Source of the DNA: the human T2T-CHM13v2.0 reference genome, Homo sapiens
DNA length: 64,000 nt
Direction: 5' to 3' (one strand)
Assembly (NCBI RefSeq): GCF_009914755.1
Contig: NC_060925.1
Each line of letters starts with the position of its first letter. Positions within the stretch are counted from its first letter, which is position 1. A model generated the notes under the pieces. It was not told where the DNA came from. It saw nothing but the letters and a program-made list of their open reading frames with translations, and did not search any database. The translations under genes were made by a program, and so were the position numbers. Shown in pieces: positions 40,516-61,507 of the stretch.

Positions 40516-40638
40516 GTAAGAAGTGCAAATTATGAAACAGATCCATTTGTTCAGGAGTTTCAATTTAAAGTTCGGGATGAAATGGCTCATGTAACTGGAC
40601 GCGTACTTCCAGCACCTATGCTCCAGTATGGAGGACGG
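40516..40638 (+). CDS. AGO3: Argonaute-3 exon 10 (L2, [41 protein letters not shown])
   Basis: tttttag acceptor, CGG|gtaaag donor; 123 nt, phase 0-0. Confidence 0.97.
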
Positions 40639-40800
40639 GTAAAGTCTCTTGTTAATGTTTTAATCATACACATATTGTCTGTAAGTATGAAGAGAAAGGC
40701 ATATCAGAAATATTTCAATTCAGCGATTTGAAATGTTTACTTTCTGTTTATTGAAAATTTTTGTTCTTTTTCACCATGTTATTTTTTTCTCCTCGTGTAG

Positions 40801-40934
40801 AATCGGACAGTAGCAACACCGAGCCATGGAGTATGGGACATGCGAGGGAAACAATTCCACACAGGAGTTGAAATCAAAATGTGGGCTATCGCTTGTTTTG
40901 CCACACAGAGGCAGTGCAGAGAAGAAATATTGAA
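40801..40934 (+). CDS. AGO3: Argonaute-3 exon 11 (L2/[48 protein letters not shown])
   Basis: gtgtag acceptor, AA|gtaaga donor; 134 nt. Confidence 0.97.
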
Positions 40935-41045
40935 GTAAGACATGTCATTACCTTGGCTTTGGGACTTTTTTGTGTTTAGACTTTAAATTACTCATCTAAT
41001 GTTCTAACAGATGTTGCCTTAATATGAAGTATATGTAATCACTGA

Positions 41046-41676
<631 letters not shown>

Positions 41677-41756
41677 CTTCTCAATAGTTCGGTGAAAAAA
41701 TTTGTTAGTCATAGTAAATTCCTTGATTCATTCTATTAGACATCCTTATAGACTAC

Positions 41757-42578
41757 TGTGAATGGAAAAAACACAAGCTCAAACCATGTTTTTTCTCTGC
41801 TCTCACACCAGAGCAATCAACACAGAACACTCTTGTGACTAAATGTGGGGAGGGTTTCCCCACACACCAAGCAAACAATCAGTTCTGCAGTGGACACCAG
41901 CTGGGTGTCCTCCAATTCAGTTATTACACTATCTTCCTGGAAATAGCATCAGATTCCACAGATTCAGGGTTCACTCCCACAAGGCTGCACTCTGCTTCAG
42001 ATGCCAGTAGCAAGTCCAGGCCTCTGGTCATGGGTTCCCATGACCCCCTCTTCAAGATAGATTCGTCTGATAGAGCAGCTCACAGAACTAGGGAAACACT
42101 TACTATGTTTACTGTTTTATTATAAAAGATATTCCAAAGGATGCAGTAAAGATATCCATAGGGTGAGGTATGGGGACGGAGTGTGGAGTTTACATGCCAT
42201 CCCTGGGTACACCACCCTCCAGGAACCTTTGTGTGTTCAGCTGGCCAGAAGCTCTCCAAACCCCATCCTTTTGGATTTTTATGGATGCTTCATTACATAG
42301 GCCTCATTGATTAAACTGTTAGCCATTAGTTATCAACTTAACCTTCGGCCCCTTTCGCCTCCTTGGAGGTTGGGGATGTGGGGCTGAAAGTCCCAGCCCT
42401 CTAATCCTGCCTTGCCTTTCTGGTGACCAGACCCCATCCTGAAGCTACCTATAGGCTACCAGCCGTTAGGCAATCAGTATCATATAAAAAAGATAACACT
42501 TAGGAGTTTCTAAGGATTTTAGGAGTTGTCTGCTAGGAAATGGGAATGGCCAACAAATGCATATTTCACAATATCACA
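41757..42578 (-). mobile_element. MER21-family solo LTR
   Basis: ends atttcacaatatcaca (revcomp tgtgatattgtgaaat); ggacaccagctgggtgtcc core. Confidence 0.8.
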
Positions 42579-43008
42579 ACTACTTTTTGTGGGATAGTAG
42601 CAGCAAGCATCATTGTCTTTCGATGACAGTTTAGGTATAATTCCCAGATTTGCCACTACCTGGATTTATTACCATGGATAATTTATTTAATCTCATTATT
42701 CTTCAATGTTCACCTTTGTAAAATAGAGCTAATCATATCTTCTGTTAAAATAAAAACTTCAGACAAATTAAATTTAACAGAGTTTATAATTGAGCAAAGA
42801 ATGATTTGCAAATCAGGCAGCTCCTGGAACAAGAACAGGTTCAGAGAGACTTCCAGCAGCCGCATGGTTGAAGAAGATTTATGGACAGAAAAAGGAAAGT
42901 GGCATACAGAATATGGAAATGAAGTACAGAAACAGATGGATTGGTTACAGCTTGGCATTTGCCTTATTTGAAGATGATTTGAACAGTTAGCTGTAATTGA
43001 TTGGCTAA

Positions 43009-43299
<291 letters not shown>

Positions 43300-43940
43300 T
43301 GAGGTGATCTGCCTGCCTCAGCTTCCCAAAGTGCTGGGATTACAGGCGTGAGCCACTGCGCCTGGCCTAGGTTACAGTTTACGATGTTCAGAGAAACCTC
43401 TAGACTGAACTTAAAAGATGTAAGGAGGTAGCTTTAGGCAAAACTTAATTTAACAGTTATCCCCTTTGATCTATCCCCCCAATTTTTTTTTTTAATGGAT
43501 TGGCATTGATGTCAGTCACCATCATAAACTTACTTATTTGGTCTCAAATCCCACTGGGAAATAGCAGAACAATGGGTTTTGTAAAATGGGAACAAGGACT
43601 TCAGGTTACTTTTTCCTAAGGGTAAGAGTAGAGGGGACCTCCTTGTGCTGAAATTTCCTGTTTTCAGGAGAAAAACAAAACCTGGTCTATTTTAGGATCT
43701 ATCTCTTTCTTTAATGTTTCAGTGTAATTGTCTCACGCTTAGCATGAGTGACTCCATTTTGGTTTGGTATGGTCTGTTGGGGCCTCATGCATGAGCTTAG
43801 TCCAAAACAATGGCCTCCCACAATTTTGTTTAAAAATTCCTCCCTTTTGGTTAGGTCCTCACTTAGGTAAGAGTGTGACCAAAACTTAGGACCTTAGCAC
43901 CACTCTGTTACCAAGATTTTGGGTTTCTGGTCTCAGTACG

Positions 43941-44500
43941 TCATTTATAAGTATGGTGTTCCTCATGCTCATACATTTCTTTGAGTTTCTGTTCCAATTC
44001 AAGAGAGACCATTTGACATCCTACAGATGGCCATATGCAAACACTTAAAACTTTTGAGAGAATATAGTATCCCAGGGAGACTACTATTATGACTCTCAGG
44101 AGAATAACCCTAAGAGTTTGGAGTATGCTCCTTAGCCAAGGTCCCCATGAACCAAGCCACCTAAAATCAAATAGATCGAAGAATAAGCTAGAATAAGAGT
44201 CTACTTGTTTCAACCAAGCACCCTGTTTGTTAATCCCCTACGACTGAATCTGTTAATATCCAATGTATTCCTCCATGTTCAATAAGAAGTAGCAGCAGCT
44301 GCACAGATACTTCTGTTTAGCCAGTAAGTAATCTAGAGCAATTCTATTATCTAGCACAACTTTAGCAAGATAATTTAAAGTCTCTTGTATAACCATAGTC
44401 TTTGCAGTAGAATCTGCTAAAGAGCCTATAAATTTCTAATAGGCTAGAAAATTTAGAGAGATAAATTTCTAATCATTGCCTCATTACATTAACTCCAAAC
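43941..44500 (-). pseudogene. env transmembrane-subunit remnant
   Basis: LAKVVLDNRIALDYLLAKQ at 44369-44313 (immunosuppressive domain); hydrophobic anchor in ORF 43941..44213; frameshifted. Confidence 0.8.
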
Positions 44501-44635
44501 CATAGGCCAGGCGCAGTGGCTCACACCTGTAATCTGCAATCACTTTGGGAGGCTGAGGTGGGCAGATTGCTTGAGCTCAGGAGTTCAAGACCAGCCTAGG
44601 CAACATGGCAAAACCCTGTCTCTACTGAAAATTCA

Positions 44636-44821
<186 letters not shown>

Positions 44822-44825
44822 CTAA

Positions 44826-45023
<198 letters not shown>

Positions 45024-46615
45024 TAATTTTTTGTATTCTTAGTAGAGCGGGGTTTCACCACGTTAGCCAGGATGGTCTCCATCTCTTGACCTCGTGATCT
45101 GCCCACCTCGGCCTCCCAAACTGCTGAGATTACAGTTGTGAGCCACCATGCCTGGCCGACAATTTTCTCTTTAAATTATGATGTAGGTTAAGAGGAGTTG
45201 ACCAGTGCTCTGTTTCTGACTGATTATGAAGGAAAAAGGTACCATTAAAATTTCTCACCCACATTGGCCCTTCATCTTCCCTCTATCAAGGCGTAAACTT
45301 CTCTGTGTGTGAGGGTTTTTGTTTTTTTTTGTTTTTTGGTTTTTGTTTTGAGACGGAGTCTTGCTCTGTCACCAGGCTGTGATCTTGGCTCACTGCAACC
45401 TCCATCTCCCGGGTTCAAGCAATTCCCCTGCCTCAGCCTCTTGAGTAGCTGGGACTACAGGCATGTGCCACCATGCCTGGCTAATTTTTTGTATTTTAGT
45501 AGAGATGGGGTTTCACCATGTTGGCCAGGCTGGTCTCGATCTCCTGACCTCGTGATTCACCCGCCTTGGCCTCCCAAAGTGCTGGGATTACAGGCATGAG
45601 CCACCACACCTGGCCAATATGAGGTTTTTTTTATCCTTCACAAATAAAAGTATACCTTGTGAGTGTACACAAGAGACCCCTTTTTCAGTTTAGTTGTTCA
45701 TAACAGGCATGAACTTGGAAAAAATTGAGAGCCAAAAGCCTCATGATAGCAGAGAAGTCTTGATCCACAATCTTGGGAAATCTGTCCACATCTAGGAGGC
45801 CATCTGCTTCTCGGGAGAAACTTACCTCATTAGCTTTACCTTAAGTTCTCCCTCTGATGGGTGTGTGGTTCCAAGAGTCTGGGTGGGCCTTTCTAAGTTG
45901 TGAGATTACAAACCCAAGCTTCAGGGTCCTGAAGTTTCGCTGCAGTGTGGGTGACAAGGGGAGTCTTTCTCTGATGTGTTTCCAAAAGATCCAGCCTCTG
46001 AATTCTATATCATGAAGGGTTTGCTTGTCCTGAGTCAGTGGTCCATGAAAAGCTTTCTTTACCTGGTGAAAATACACTTTGGCATAATACATTACAGCCT
46101 TGCAGCATTTAGTCACGTTAAGGTTTAGGAGCATAAGATACAGAAGGTTCTGTTATTAGGAGCATAAGCCTTCCAGTGACTATTTCATAAGGGTTCAACT
46201 TTTGTTTTCCCATGGAAGTGGATCTGTTTGTCATCAATCTGAAACATCTTTGACCAAGGCAATCCAGATTATTCAGTTAGTTTTGCCTAATGCTCTTATA
46301 TCTGTAATACCTTATTTAACTGTTTTACAGCCAGTCCAGTGAGGCAAGTATCTCTATCACTGGAGATTTCTTCAGCAATGTTCTATGAGAGAAACACATT
46401 TCCTAATAACCTTTTAGCTGCTGTTATAGCATCAGCCCACTTGTATGAGAAAGCTCCTGTACAACCAGAAAATATGCACTGAAAATCACAATTGAATGAA
46501 ATCCCTCTGTAAAGTGTTCAGATGTAGCAGAAAGGTACCTGAAGTTTTGGTTGTCTTCTCAAGATTATGGGTTTGACAAACTATACATTGGTCATAAACC
46601 ATTTTAGCAATTTAG

Positions 46616-47104
<489 letters not shown>

Positions 47105-47482
47105 TAGCAATTTTCTTTCTCCAATGGAGGTGCACAGCACTGTTTATTAGATGGGTTATCATAGGTAGTTTGACCTGGACCATGGAGTTCATTCAAATTA
47201 TGTATCTTAATAGTTTCAGTACTGACTGAGTTAGCATGAAAATCTGGCCAAGTATTTTCTTGGTATTCATTTAATTCTTGTGCTGCTTGAGTTAGCAGTT
47301 TTATATATCACTCTGTCTCTTCAATATGGTTCTGGTAATTCTTACTCAGTCCAAACGATATGATCCTAAAGTTACCAGAAACCTATCTTCAGGAGTGCTT
47401 ACCAAGGTCCATTTCATCTTTTCCATTAACCTCCTTGAAGACAAAATAGGATTTTATTTGCTTGTGAAGTTATTTTTAATAA

Positions 47483-48001
<519 letters not shown>

Positions 48002-48116
48002 TGAGATGGGGTTTCATCATGTTGGCCAGGCTGGTCTCGAACTCCTGACCTTGTGATCTGCCCACCTCAGCCTCCCAAAATGCTAGGATTACAGGCGTGA
48101 ACCACTGCGCCCAGCC

Positions 48117-48167
48117 GCCATTACTTTGAACAGCAGAAACCGCAATTACTTTTGCACCAACCTAATA
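48117..48167. mobile_element. Half MADE1 (Hsmar1 MITE)
   Basis: aaaccgcaattacttttgcaccaacctaata TIR. Confidence 0.85.
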
Positions 48168-50222
48168 TTAGAAACTGCTTTAGAATTAAGTAATTAACTG
48201 TGGAAATGACTTTAAATGGTCATAAAGACACAATTGAGAAGGAAATTTGGTTATTTCTGTGGCCTACAATAGTTTAACGTAATAACCATAATTATGTCTG
48301 ATAACATATACTGAGATACATGAGAATTTTCATAATCTTATACAATTTTGGAATATATATTAATATTTATAAAAATATAACTCGATGGAGTTTAAACATC
48401 ACTTCTTATTTGACACTGTTTCTCATGTAATTTTACGTATAAAATAAGCCTGTTTATTATCTCTTTTGACTGTTGTAGGGGACCTCTGTAACATCCCAAA
48501 GTTAATTTGAGGTCAAAAAAAGACTTAATTTTGAATTTGAAATTTGATTTGGGGAAGCTTGTCCAATATGTCAAAGATTGAAAACACTTGGCCCAAATAG
48601 GATCACAGGTCACTGTGAAATAAGTCATTCATTTAGCCAAGGTGATCATTAAAAGGTTTTTTAAAAGCAAAACCTTTATTATTTGATAGAGAGGAGACTC
48701 AATTTTCTAGTCAACAGACCTGAAAAAGACAATATGATACAGAATCTATCTCTCCTTCTTTCCTCTCTCTTTTTTTTTGTGCAGTTTACTCAAAAGGTGA
48801 ACAAAAATATTTTGCTGTTACTGAAGCTTTTTATTTGCCTTTTATAGAAAATCTTTTAAAAGAGGGAATAAAAATATTGAAATCTTATTAGAAGCTTCTG
48901 CACATTAATAGGCATCCGCATCCTTGGATGAAACTAAGTTGGGGGCCTTTTTTTTTTTTTTTTTTTTTTGACATAGGGCCTCACTCTTTTGCCCAGGCTG
49001 GAGTGCAGTGGCGTGACCATGGCTCACTGCGCCTCAGCCTCTCAGGCTTAAGTGATCCTCCTATGTCAGCCTCCCAAGTGGCTGGGACCACAGGGACTTG
49101 CCACTATGCTCTGCTAACTTTTTTTCTTTTTTTGTAGAGACAAAATCTCACTATGTTGCCCAGGCTAGTTTCAAACTCCTGGACTCAAGTGATCCTCCTG
49201 CTTCGGCCACCCAAAGTACTAGGATTATAGGCATGAACCTAGAGCCCTCATTTGTAAATAGACTTCTTAAAGTGCAGTATTATTCATTTTGAATGTTCTA
49301 CTATAATTTTAAATTACATAAAGTGAGATTTCACCATTTCAGTAAGTGTTTGCTGCTTTAGGGTCCTAACATTTATGAGTGTATAGCTAGGCATAGCTGT
49401 AAGGTAGAATACTCAGTTCTTCAGAAATTAAGGATCCCATTTTCCCTTGAATCTTGGCTTTGGCTGTCAGATCCCATTGATCAGCCAATGATTTTTCCAT
49501 GCCTAAACACACAAGAAAAAGAAACAAAGGGCATAGGCTGGGCGCAGTGGCTCACGACTGTAATCCCAGCACTTTGGGAGGCCGAGGCGGGTGGATTACC
49601 TGAGGTCAGGAGTTCGAGACCAGCCTGGCCAACATGGTGAAACCCCATCTCTACTAAAAATACAAAAATTAGCCGGGCCTGGTGGTGGACACCTGTAATC
49701 TCAGCTACTCGGGAGGCAGAGTCAGGAGAATTGCTGGAACCTGGGAAGCAGAGGTTTGATCGCTCCATTGCACTTCAGCCCAGGCAACAACAGTGAGACT
49801 CCGTCTCAAAAAAAAAAACAAAAAAAAAAGAGAAACAAAGGGCATAGACATAGAGCACAAAAATCTCTGTGAATTTCCAAAAGCCAAAGTTCACACCTTC
49901 TTATTTGCCATTAACTGCCAGTTTCTTCCTGACTCAGTTAAACATCCAAGGCCTCTAACTGAATCCAAGTCAGTTAATTATCAGATCCAGTCTGATTCTG
50001 GACCTGGTCCAGTTTCTGTCATGACTTCTGAACCCATTTCAGATTTTAAAATTTGCTCAAACAAATTCAGATAACTCAAAACACAAATCCATGGAGCTTC
50101 AGAATCTGAGAGCTTACCCACAATCCCCAGTTGCTGCAAGAGAGGAATGGACACAGAGAGTCTGACTGGTACCATGCTTCGTCACTCAGTGCTTCTGGGG
50201 ATTGCTAGAGGTTCTACTTCGG

Positions 50223-50240
50223 ATCCCATTTCTGACACCA
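50223..50240 (-). other. Retroviral primer-binding site, tRNA-Leu
   Basis: minus strand TGGTGTCAGAAATGGGAT, 2 nt after the 5' LTR. Confidence 0.8.
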
Positions 50241-51010
50241 TCTGTTAAAAGAAAAACTAGACAAATTAAATTTAACAGAGTTTAATTGAGGAAACAGTGA
50301 TTCACAAATCAGGCAGCCCTTAGAACCAGAATAGGTTCAAAGAGACTCTGGCACTACCACATGGTTGAAGACTTATGTACAGAAAAAGGAAAGTGATGTA
50401 CAGAAAATGAAACTGAAGTACAGAAACAGCTGGATTGCTTACAGCTTGATACTTGCCTTATTTGAACATGGTTTCAACAGTTGGCTGCATTTTATTGGCT
50501 GAAACTCAGCAATTGGTACAAGAATAGGTTACAGCTTGTTTACACGTCCGGAGATTACCATTCACTATGTACAGAGAAACCTTTAGGCCAAACTTTAAAA
50601 ATGTAACGAGACAGCTTTAGGTGAAACTTAATGTAACACTACCTACCAGGTGAGGATTAACTAAGATCCTTATTTTTCTGTTGAGGATGTTGAAGGAGTG
50701 GTTAAACTCCTTGTTTCAGTTTCCTTACTTTCCAAAATTTGCCTTTCATCTCCACCACTTTTTCTCTCTTCTTCAGATTCTGTCCTTCAACTTCTAAGTG
50801 TGCAAAAATCTTCAGTTCAGTTTCTTTTTAATCAGCAATTTTCACATTACCTAACAATCTCTTAGGCTTCCAGACCTCCATTCTCTCCCCTCCCTTGAAA
50901 TCATAGTGCTCTGCTAAAACTGGTTCCTGGAAGATTTCCTGTACCTTTATGCTTAGCAAGTTCAATGGTCTCTTCTTAGCCATTATTTTTCTCAAAATTT
51001 GACTGACTCC

Positions 51011-51661
51011 TTTTTTTTTTTTTTTTTTTTGAGATGGGATCTCACTCTGTTGCCCAGGCTGGAGTGCAGTGATACAATCACAACTCACCGCAGCCTTAAC
51101 TTCCCAGGCTCAAACGATCCTCCCACCTGAGCTTCCTAAGCAGCTGGGACTACAGGCATATGCCACCATGCCCAGCTAATTTTGTTTTTTTGTATAGATA
51201 GGATCTCACTATGTTGCCTAGACTGGTCTCGAACTCCTGGACTTAAGCAATCCTCCTGCCTTGGCCTCCCAAAGTGCTGGGATCATAGGTGTGAGCCACC
51301 GCACTCTGCCGACCTTCTTGACATCCTCCTCTCTTGCCTTCTGGTTCTTTAGTTTACGTTTTCTGGCTTCTTTTCCTTTTCATTATCTATCTGCTCTCCT
51401 TTGGGATTCTGACACAGTCTCAGGGGTTTCTGCTGTCACGCTTGTTTGAGAAATTCGGTTGTCATGAAAGAACACCACCTCTATTTGTGACGAAAGCTAC
51501 TCTGAAATGTTTAGTCTTCTCTTTGACTAAGAGTGACATTCAAAATTAGTATGACATTTATTTCTTTATTTTATTGAGACAGAGTCTCACTCTGTCATCC
51601 AGGCTGGAGTGCAATGGCGTGATCTCGGCTCACTGCAACCTCTGCCTCCCAGGTTCAAGCG
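51011..51661 (-). mobile_element. AluJ (51011-51311) and 5'-truncated Alu (51556-51661)
   Basis: second has TSD aaaat(t/c)agtatgacatt. Confidence 0.9.
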
Positions 51662-52613
51662 TAAAATCAGTATGACATTTCATATCTTTCACCAGTCTCT
51701 TAAGTCCTTTATCATTACTCCATTTTCATATATTCTGGCCAAAGAAACTGAAGCATCGTATTCCTTCTATCTCCCTGGCCTTTTTAACCTGTTTCCACTC
51801 ATGCTGCCCTTTACTGAGAATGCCTCCTTCCTATCTCTACCCATCAGTATCCTCTCTATTTGTGCTTGTCAGTTTTTGTGCAAAATACAATTGTATTATA
51901 ATGATTTTGTAAATGTATCATCCCTCTGGAATCTAATTTTCTTGAAGAAATGATCCTTATCTAATTTAAATCTCTACTTATATAAAGTATGTCAACAATG
52001 AAACATTCTTGAGTGATACAGAGACCAGTTTACCTCAGGCCATTTCAGAATTTGCCTTGCCTTCTTCATGGCAAGAAGAAATTAGAATATGAGAAATAAA
52101 ATTTTTTTCTATTTAATTCTGTTCATCCCTTTTTATTAATCCCAAATCTCTAAATGGATGCTTTAATGATCACTTAATGTATTTTTTTCCTCCAGAGTTT
52201 TTATCCCCCTGCTTTCAAGTGAAATGTCACAAGGATGGCTTATTACAATGCTATGATTATCTTATTTGGCCTTGAAAGGCCAAAAAAAAAAAAAAACAAA
52301 ACCATTTCCAATGTTTTTCAAACTTGAGCTTTTTTATTTTTCATTTTATATTTGTTATTCGCAGCTTGAATAGATGTCTCAGAATCATTGGGCTTGTGGC
52401 TCTTGTTAGGCTAAGTGAAAATACTCAATTTCATACTTCTTTAATTAAGCACCGATAAGGAATAGGAGAAACTTCATCTCTATCCTGAAGGAATCAGAGT
52501 GTTTTGGGCAAAGATCACTCAGATCCTTGACTTAGGACCTCAATTGTTTTAAAAAACCAGTGAAGCGATTGTTGCTCATTATTGCTTATTTATACTGAAT
52601 TCAAAATTTTCTA

Positions 52614-53281
<668 letters not shown>

Positions 53282-53349
53282 TCATCTGTTTTTAAATTTT
53301 GTTTTTATATTTTAAAAAAATCCTCTGAGGGCATAATCTTTCCTGCTAT

Positions 53350-53745
53350 CCTAGTGTGAGATAGGTAATACTATAGAAATTCTGGCTCTACCATTTGTCT
53401 AATCATTTGAACTTTGGCCAAATATGTAATGTCTATGAAACTATTTTCTGATCTGTAAAACAGGAATAATACCTGCCGTGCCTCTTTCTTATGAATCTTG
53501 TGAGATCAAATTAGAAAATAAACAATAGCTAAAATGTATCAAGTTTTTACCATGGTCCTGGATGGTGTGCTAAGTGCTTTACATATATGATCTCATTTAA
53601 TCTTCACACCAACCCTATAGTTGAAGCAATCCTTTTACAGATGAGGAAAACTGAAGTAAGTGCCTAAAATTTCATAGTAGTATGTAGCAGAACTGGGAAT
53701 GGAACTCTCCATACTAACTCTAGAGCTGAGCTCTTAACCAGCATA
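53350..53745. mobile_element. Two opposed MIR elements
   Basis: atctgtaaaacaggaataata; ttttacagatgaggaaaactga. Confidence 0.75.
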
Positions 53746-53987
53746 TACTATTAGTAATGCTCCTTGTAAACTACAGAATGCCGTATAACTGTATAGAATG
53801 TTCTTCATTTGCAAAATGGATTACTGACAGACCATTACGCTTAACATCAGTAGTCTGGTGACCTCTCATATATGAAGCACACAAATCTTTGCTTCATCCT
53901 TCCATTCCCTTCCCAAACTTCCCATTACTACTTTGTAGGAATTCATGACTAGACAAAGGTTTTATATTTAGTGGTTTCTCCTTCCAG

Positions 53988-54172
53988 GGGTTTCACAGAC
54001 CAGCTGCGTAAGATTTCTAAGGATGCAGGGATGCCCATCCAGGGCCAGCCATGCTTCTGCAAATATGCACAGGGGGCAGACAGCGTAGAGCCCATGTTCC
54101 GGCATCTCAAGAACACATATTCTGGCCTACAGCTTATTATCGTCATCCTGCCGGGGAAGACACCAGTGTATG
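53988..54172 (+). CDS. AGO3: Argonaute-3 exon 12 (MID incl. PGKTP nucleotide-specificity loop, [18 protein letters not shown]...[11 protein letters not shown])
   Basis: cttccag acceptor, G|gtaagg donor; 185 nt; overlaps ORF 53971..54213. Confidence 0.97.
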
Positions 54173-54332
54173 GTAAGGATATCTTAAGACTGCATTTTTC
54201 CTCAAGTACTTGATGTCCTTTTAGGATTATACTGAAACATATCCTAAAACTTTCAAATATTAAAATATATTTTATGATACAGTATTTAAAACCATGTATT
54301 ATTACTTGAAGACAAATTAATATAGCAAACTA

Positions 54333-54672
<340 letters not shown>

Positions 54673-54940
54673 TCAGTAGTGAAAAGAGGCATCACATAAC
54701 AATGGCTAAAGAAAGAATTATTGAATAAAAATGGCATTGAGATAATTTGAGTATCAGTATAATGTAGTGGTTAAAAGCACAGGCTATCAAATTAAACTGT
54801 GTTGCTCAATATTCAGGTACTGCCGGTTCTACTACCTGTGTGATTTGGCTGAATTACTTAATCACACTAGCCCTTAGTTTCCTCATCTCTGGAATTGGGA
54901 CAATATTTATGTATGTATGTGGTGTGTATGTATGGGATAG

Positions 54941-55720
<780 letters not shown>

Positions 55721-56259
55721 CTATTTATTTTTTTGTAGAGACAGGATCTCACTATGTTTCTCGGGTTGGTCTCAAACTCCTGGGCTCAAGCAATCCTTAA
55801 ACCTTGGGCTCCCAAAGTGCAGGGATTACAGGTGTGAGCCACTGCACCTAGCCTCTTTCTGGTTTTAATTGAGCATTTTATATGATTCTATTTTCTTTCC
55901 TCTTTTAGTGTATCAGTTATACTTCCTTGATATATAGCACACATACCCTGGGATACTAATAATACCTAATCCATATATAGGGTTGTTGTAAGGATTAACT
56001 GAGTCTAATATGTAAAGGGCCTAGAATAGCACCTGTCATATAGTAAACAGTCAATGTTAACTGTTATTATTATAAACAAAATTTTGTGAGATTAATAAGC
56101 TAAATATAAATCATTGAATCGTAGAAAAATACAAAGAAAATATAATTTTCAAACCACTGAACGGGGTAAAATCATGTAAGTTTAGAAATAATAGAAGAAA
56201 TCACAAAAGAAAATTGTCAGATTTGACTGAGTACTGAGTAAACATTAAATTTTCTCTTT

Positions 56260-57393
<1,134 letters not shown>

Positions 57394-57560
57394 GAGAGAA
57401 GAAAAGTACAAATCAATAAAGGGAAAAATTTTGTGCTGCTAAATTAGCAAACATATTTAAATATTATAATACCTAGTGCTTGTGAGTATGCAGTGTATTA
57501 ATACGTTGCTGATGGTAGTATAAATTGATATTACCTTTTTCATCAAAACTGTAAACATGC

Positions 57561-58354
<794 letters not shown>

Positions 58355-58450
58355 TTTTTTTTTTTGAGCCACATAATGATTTAATGTTTACTTGCAAATC
58401 ATTCACTCACATAATTTCAAGTACTAAGTCATTCTGGAATTCTTACATTC

Positions 58451-59260
58451 TGACATTAAGAACATTCACATGTTGTGCAGCCATCATCACTATCCATTTC
58501 CAGAACTTTTTTCCATCATCCCAAACTGAAACTCTTTATCCATTAACCAATAACTTTAATATCCTATTAAACCTCACGTAACCCCTGGAAAGCACTGTTC
58601 TACTTTCCGCTTCCATGAATTTGACTATTCTAGTTTCCTTATGTACATGAGTCCTACAATATTTGGCTTTTGGCATAATATCCTCAAGGTTCATCCATGT
58701 TGTACTATATGTCAGAATTTTCTTCCTTTTTTGGGCCAAATAATATTCCATTGTTTGTATATGTGTGTGTGGGGGGGCGGGGGGTGTGTGTGTGTGTGTA
58801 TACACCACATCTTGTTTATTCTTCTGTTGATGGACACTTGGGTTGCTTCTACACTTTAGCTATCATGAGTAATGCTGCTATGAACATAGGTGTACAAATA
58901 TCTCTTCACAACCCTGTTTTCAGCTATTCTGGGTATACATCTAATAAGTGTCATTGCTGCATCATATGGTAATTCTATTTTTAATTTTCTGAGGAACCTC
59001 CACAGTGTTTTCCACAGTGGCTGCACCATTTTACATGCCCACCAACAGCGCACAGGAGTTCCAGTTTCTCCACATCCTTGCCCCAATGTTTGTTATTCTC
59101 TGGCTTTTTGATAGTAGCCATCCTAATGGGTGTGAAGTGGTATCTCATAATGTCTTTGATTTTGCATTTTCCTAAATGATTAGAGACGTTGGGCATCTTT
59201 TCATGTGCTTATGGGTCATTTTTCTGTTTATCTTCTTTAGAGAAATGTGTATTGTCATTT
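58451..59260 (-). mobile_element. L1MA/MB 3' region, antisense
   Basis: ORFs 58536-58808, 58856-59086 and 58981-59196 are decayed ORF2 C-terminus. Confidence 0.88.
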
Positions 59261-59262
59261 GT

Positions 59263-60530
<1,268 letters not shown>

Positions 60531-61023
60531 GTTATATACACCGAAATATTTATGATGGTTATAATGGCAGAGGAGAGGAAAGGAACAGGGGACTTTTGTT
60601 CTTTGCGCTATAATACCTCTGAATTTTTAAATTAAAGATAAGAGAATAGGATTGAAAGCTGTAAGTGTACTGTGATTACAAGTACATTAAAATAATATAA
60701 ATGAGAAAATTATTGGAAGAGAGTACTATAAAACGATAACAAGGGATTATGTGCATGTTTCACTTTATGCTTTTCAGTTATTGCAGTTATGCTATGGCAA
60801 AAATATACCTTTTTATACAAAGAAGAAAACAACTAGAAAAATTGTCACTAAATACTTAAGCTAGTCTTCAAAGCAGTATACTTTCAATTTTAACAGCATC
60901 GCCTTAGTACTGTATTGGCATAATTTTTGGTATCCTGTAATACAATGATGGATTTTAAGGGGGAAACATAGTAGCTTTATTTTCAGTATGTAAAATTATT
61001 TTCAGGTCTTTTTTTCTGACTAG

Positions 61024-61206
<183 letters not shown>

Positions 61207-61404
61207 TAAGATATGCTAATCGCTTATGAAAATATTATTTTTATATCTTCATTTGTCTATATATGACCATATCTAACTACTATAAGGGCTGTGTAAGAGA
61301 CCCCCTTAATAATTCCTACTATGGGAGATTCGTAGACATTTTGGTAAAAAAATAATTTGGATTGGCAAGGTTCAGAGATTCTCTTGTGAAAATGCCCCCC
61401 ACAA

Positions 61405-61507
61405 TTTTATTTTATCTTATTTTTTAAGGAAAGAATGAAGCAAAGCAACAAAAGCAGAGATTTACTGAAAATGAAAGTACACTCCAGAGGGTGGGAGCAG
61501 GCTCAAG
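61405..61507 (-). mobile_element. Short ERV1 LTR (LTR10/MER61-like) R-region fragment with poly(A) tail
   Basis: aaagcagagatttactgaaaatgaaagtacactcc...gggtgggagcagg; T-rich tail; imperfect TSD. Confidence 0.6.

Noticed and set aside
50223-50240. tRNA-Leu gene
   Set aside because: Only the 18-nt 3' end is present, adjacent to an LTR: a primer-binding site.
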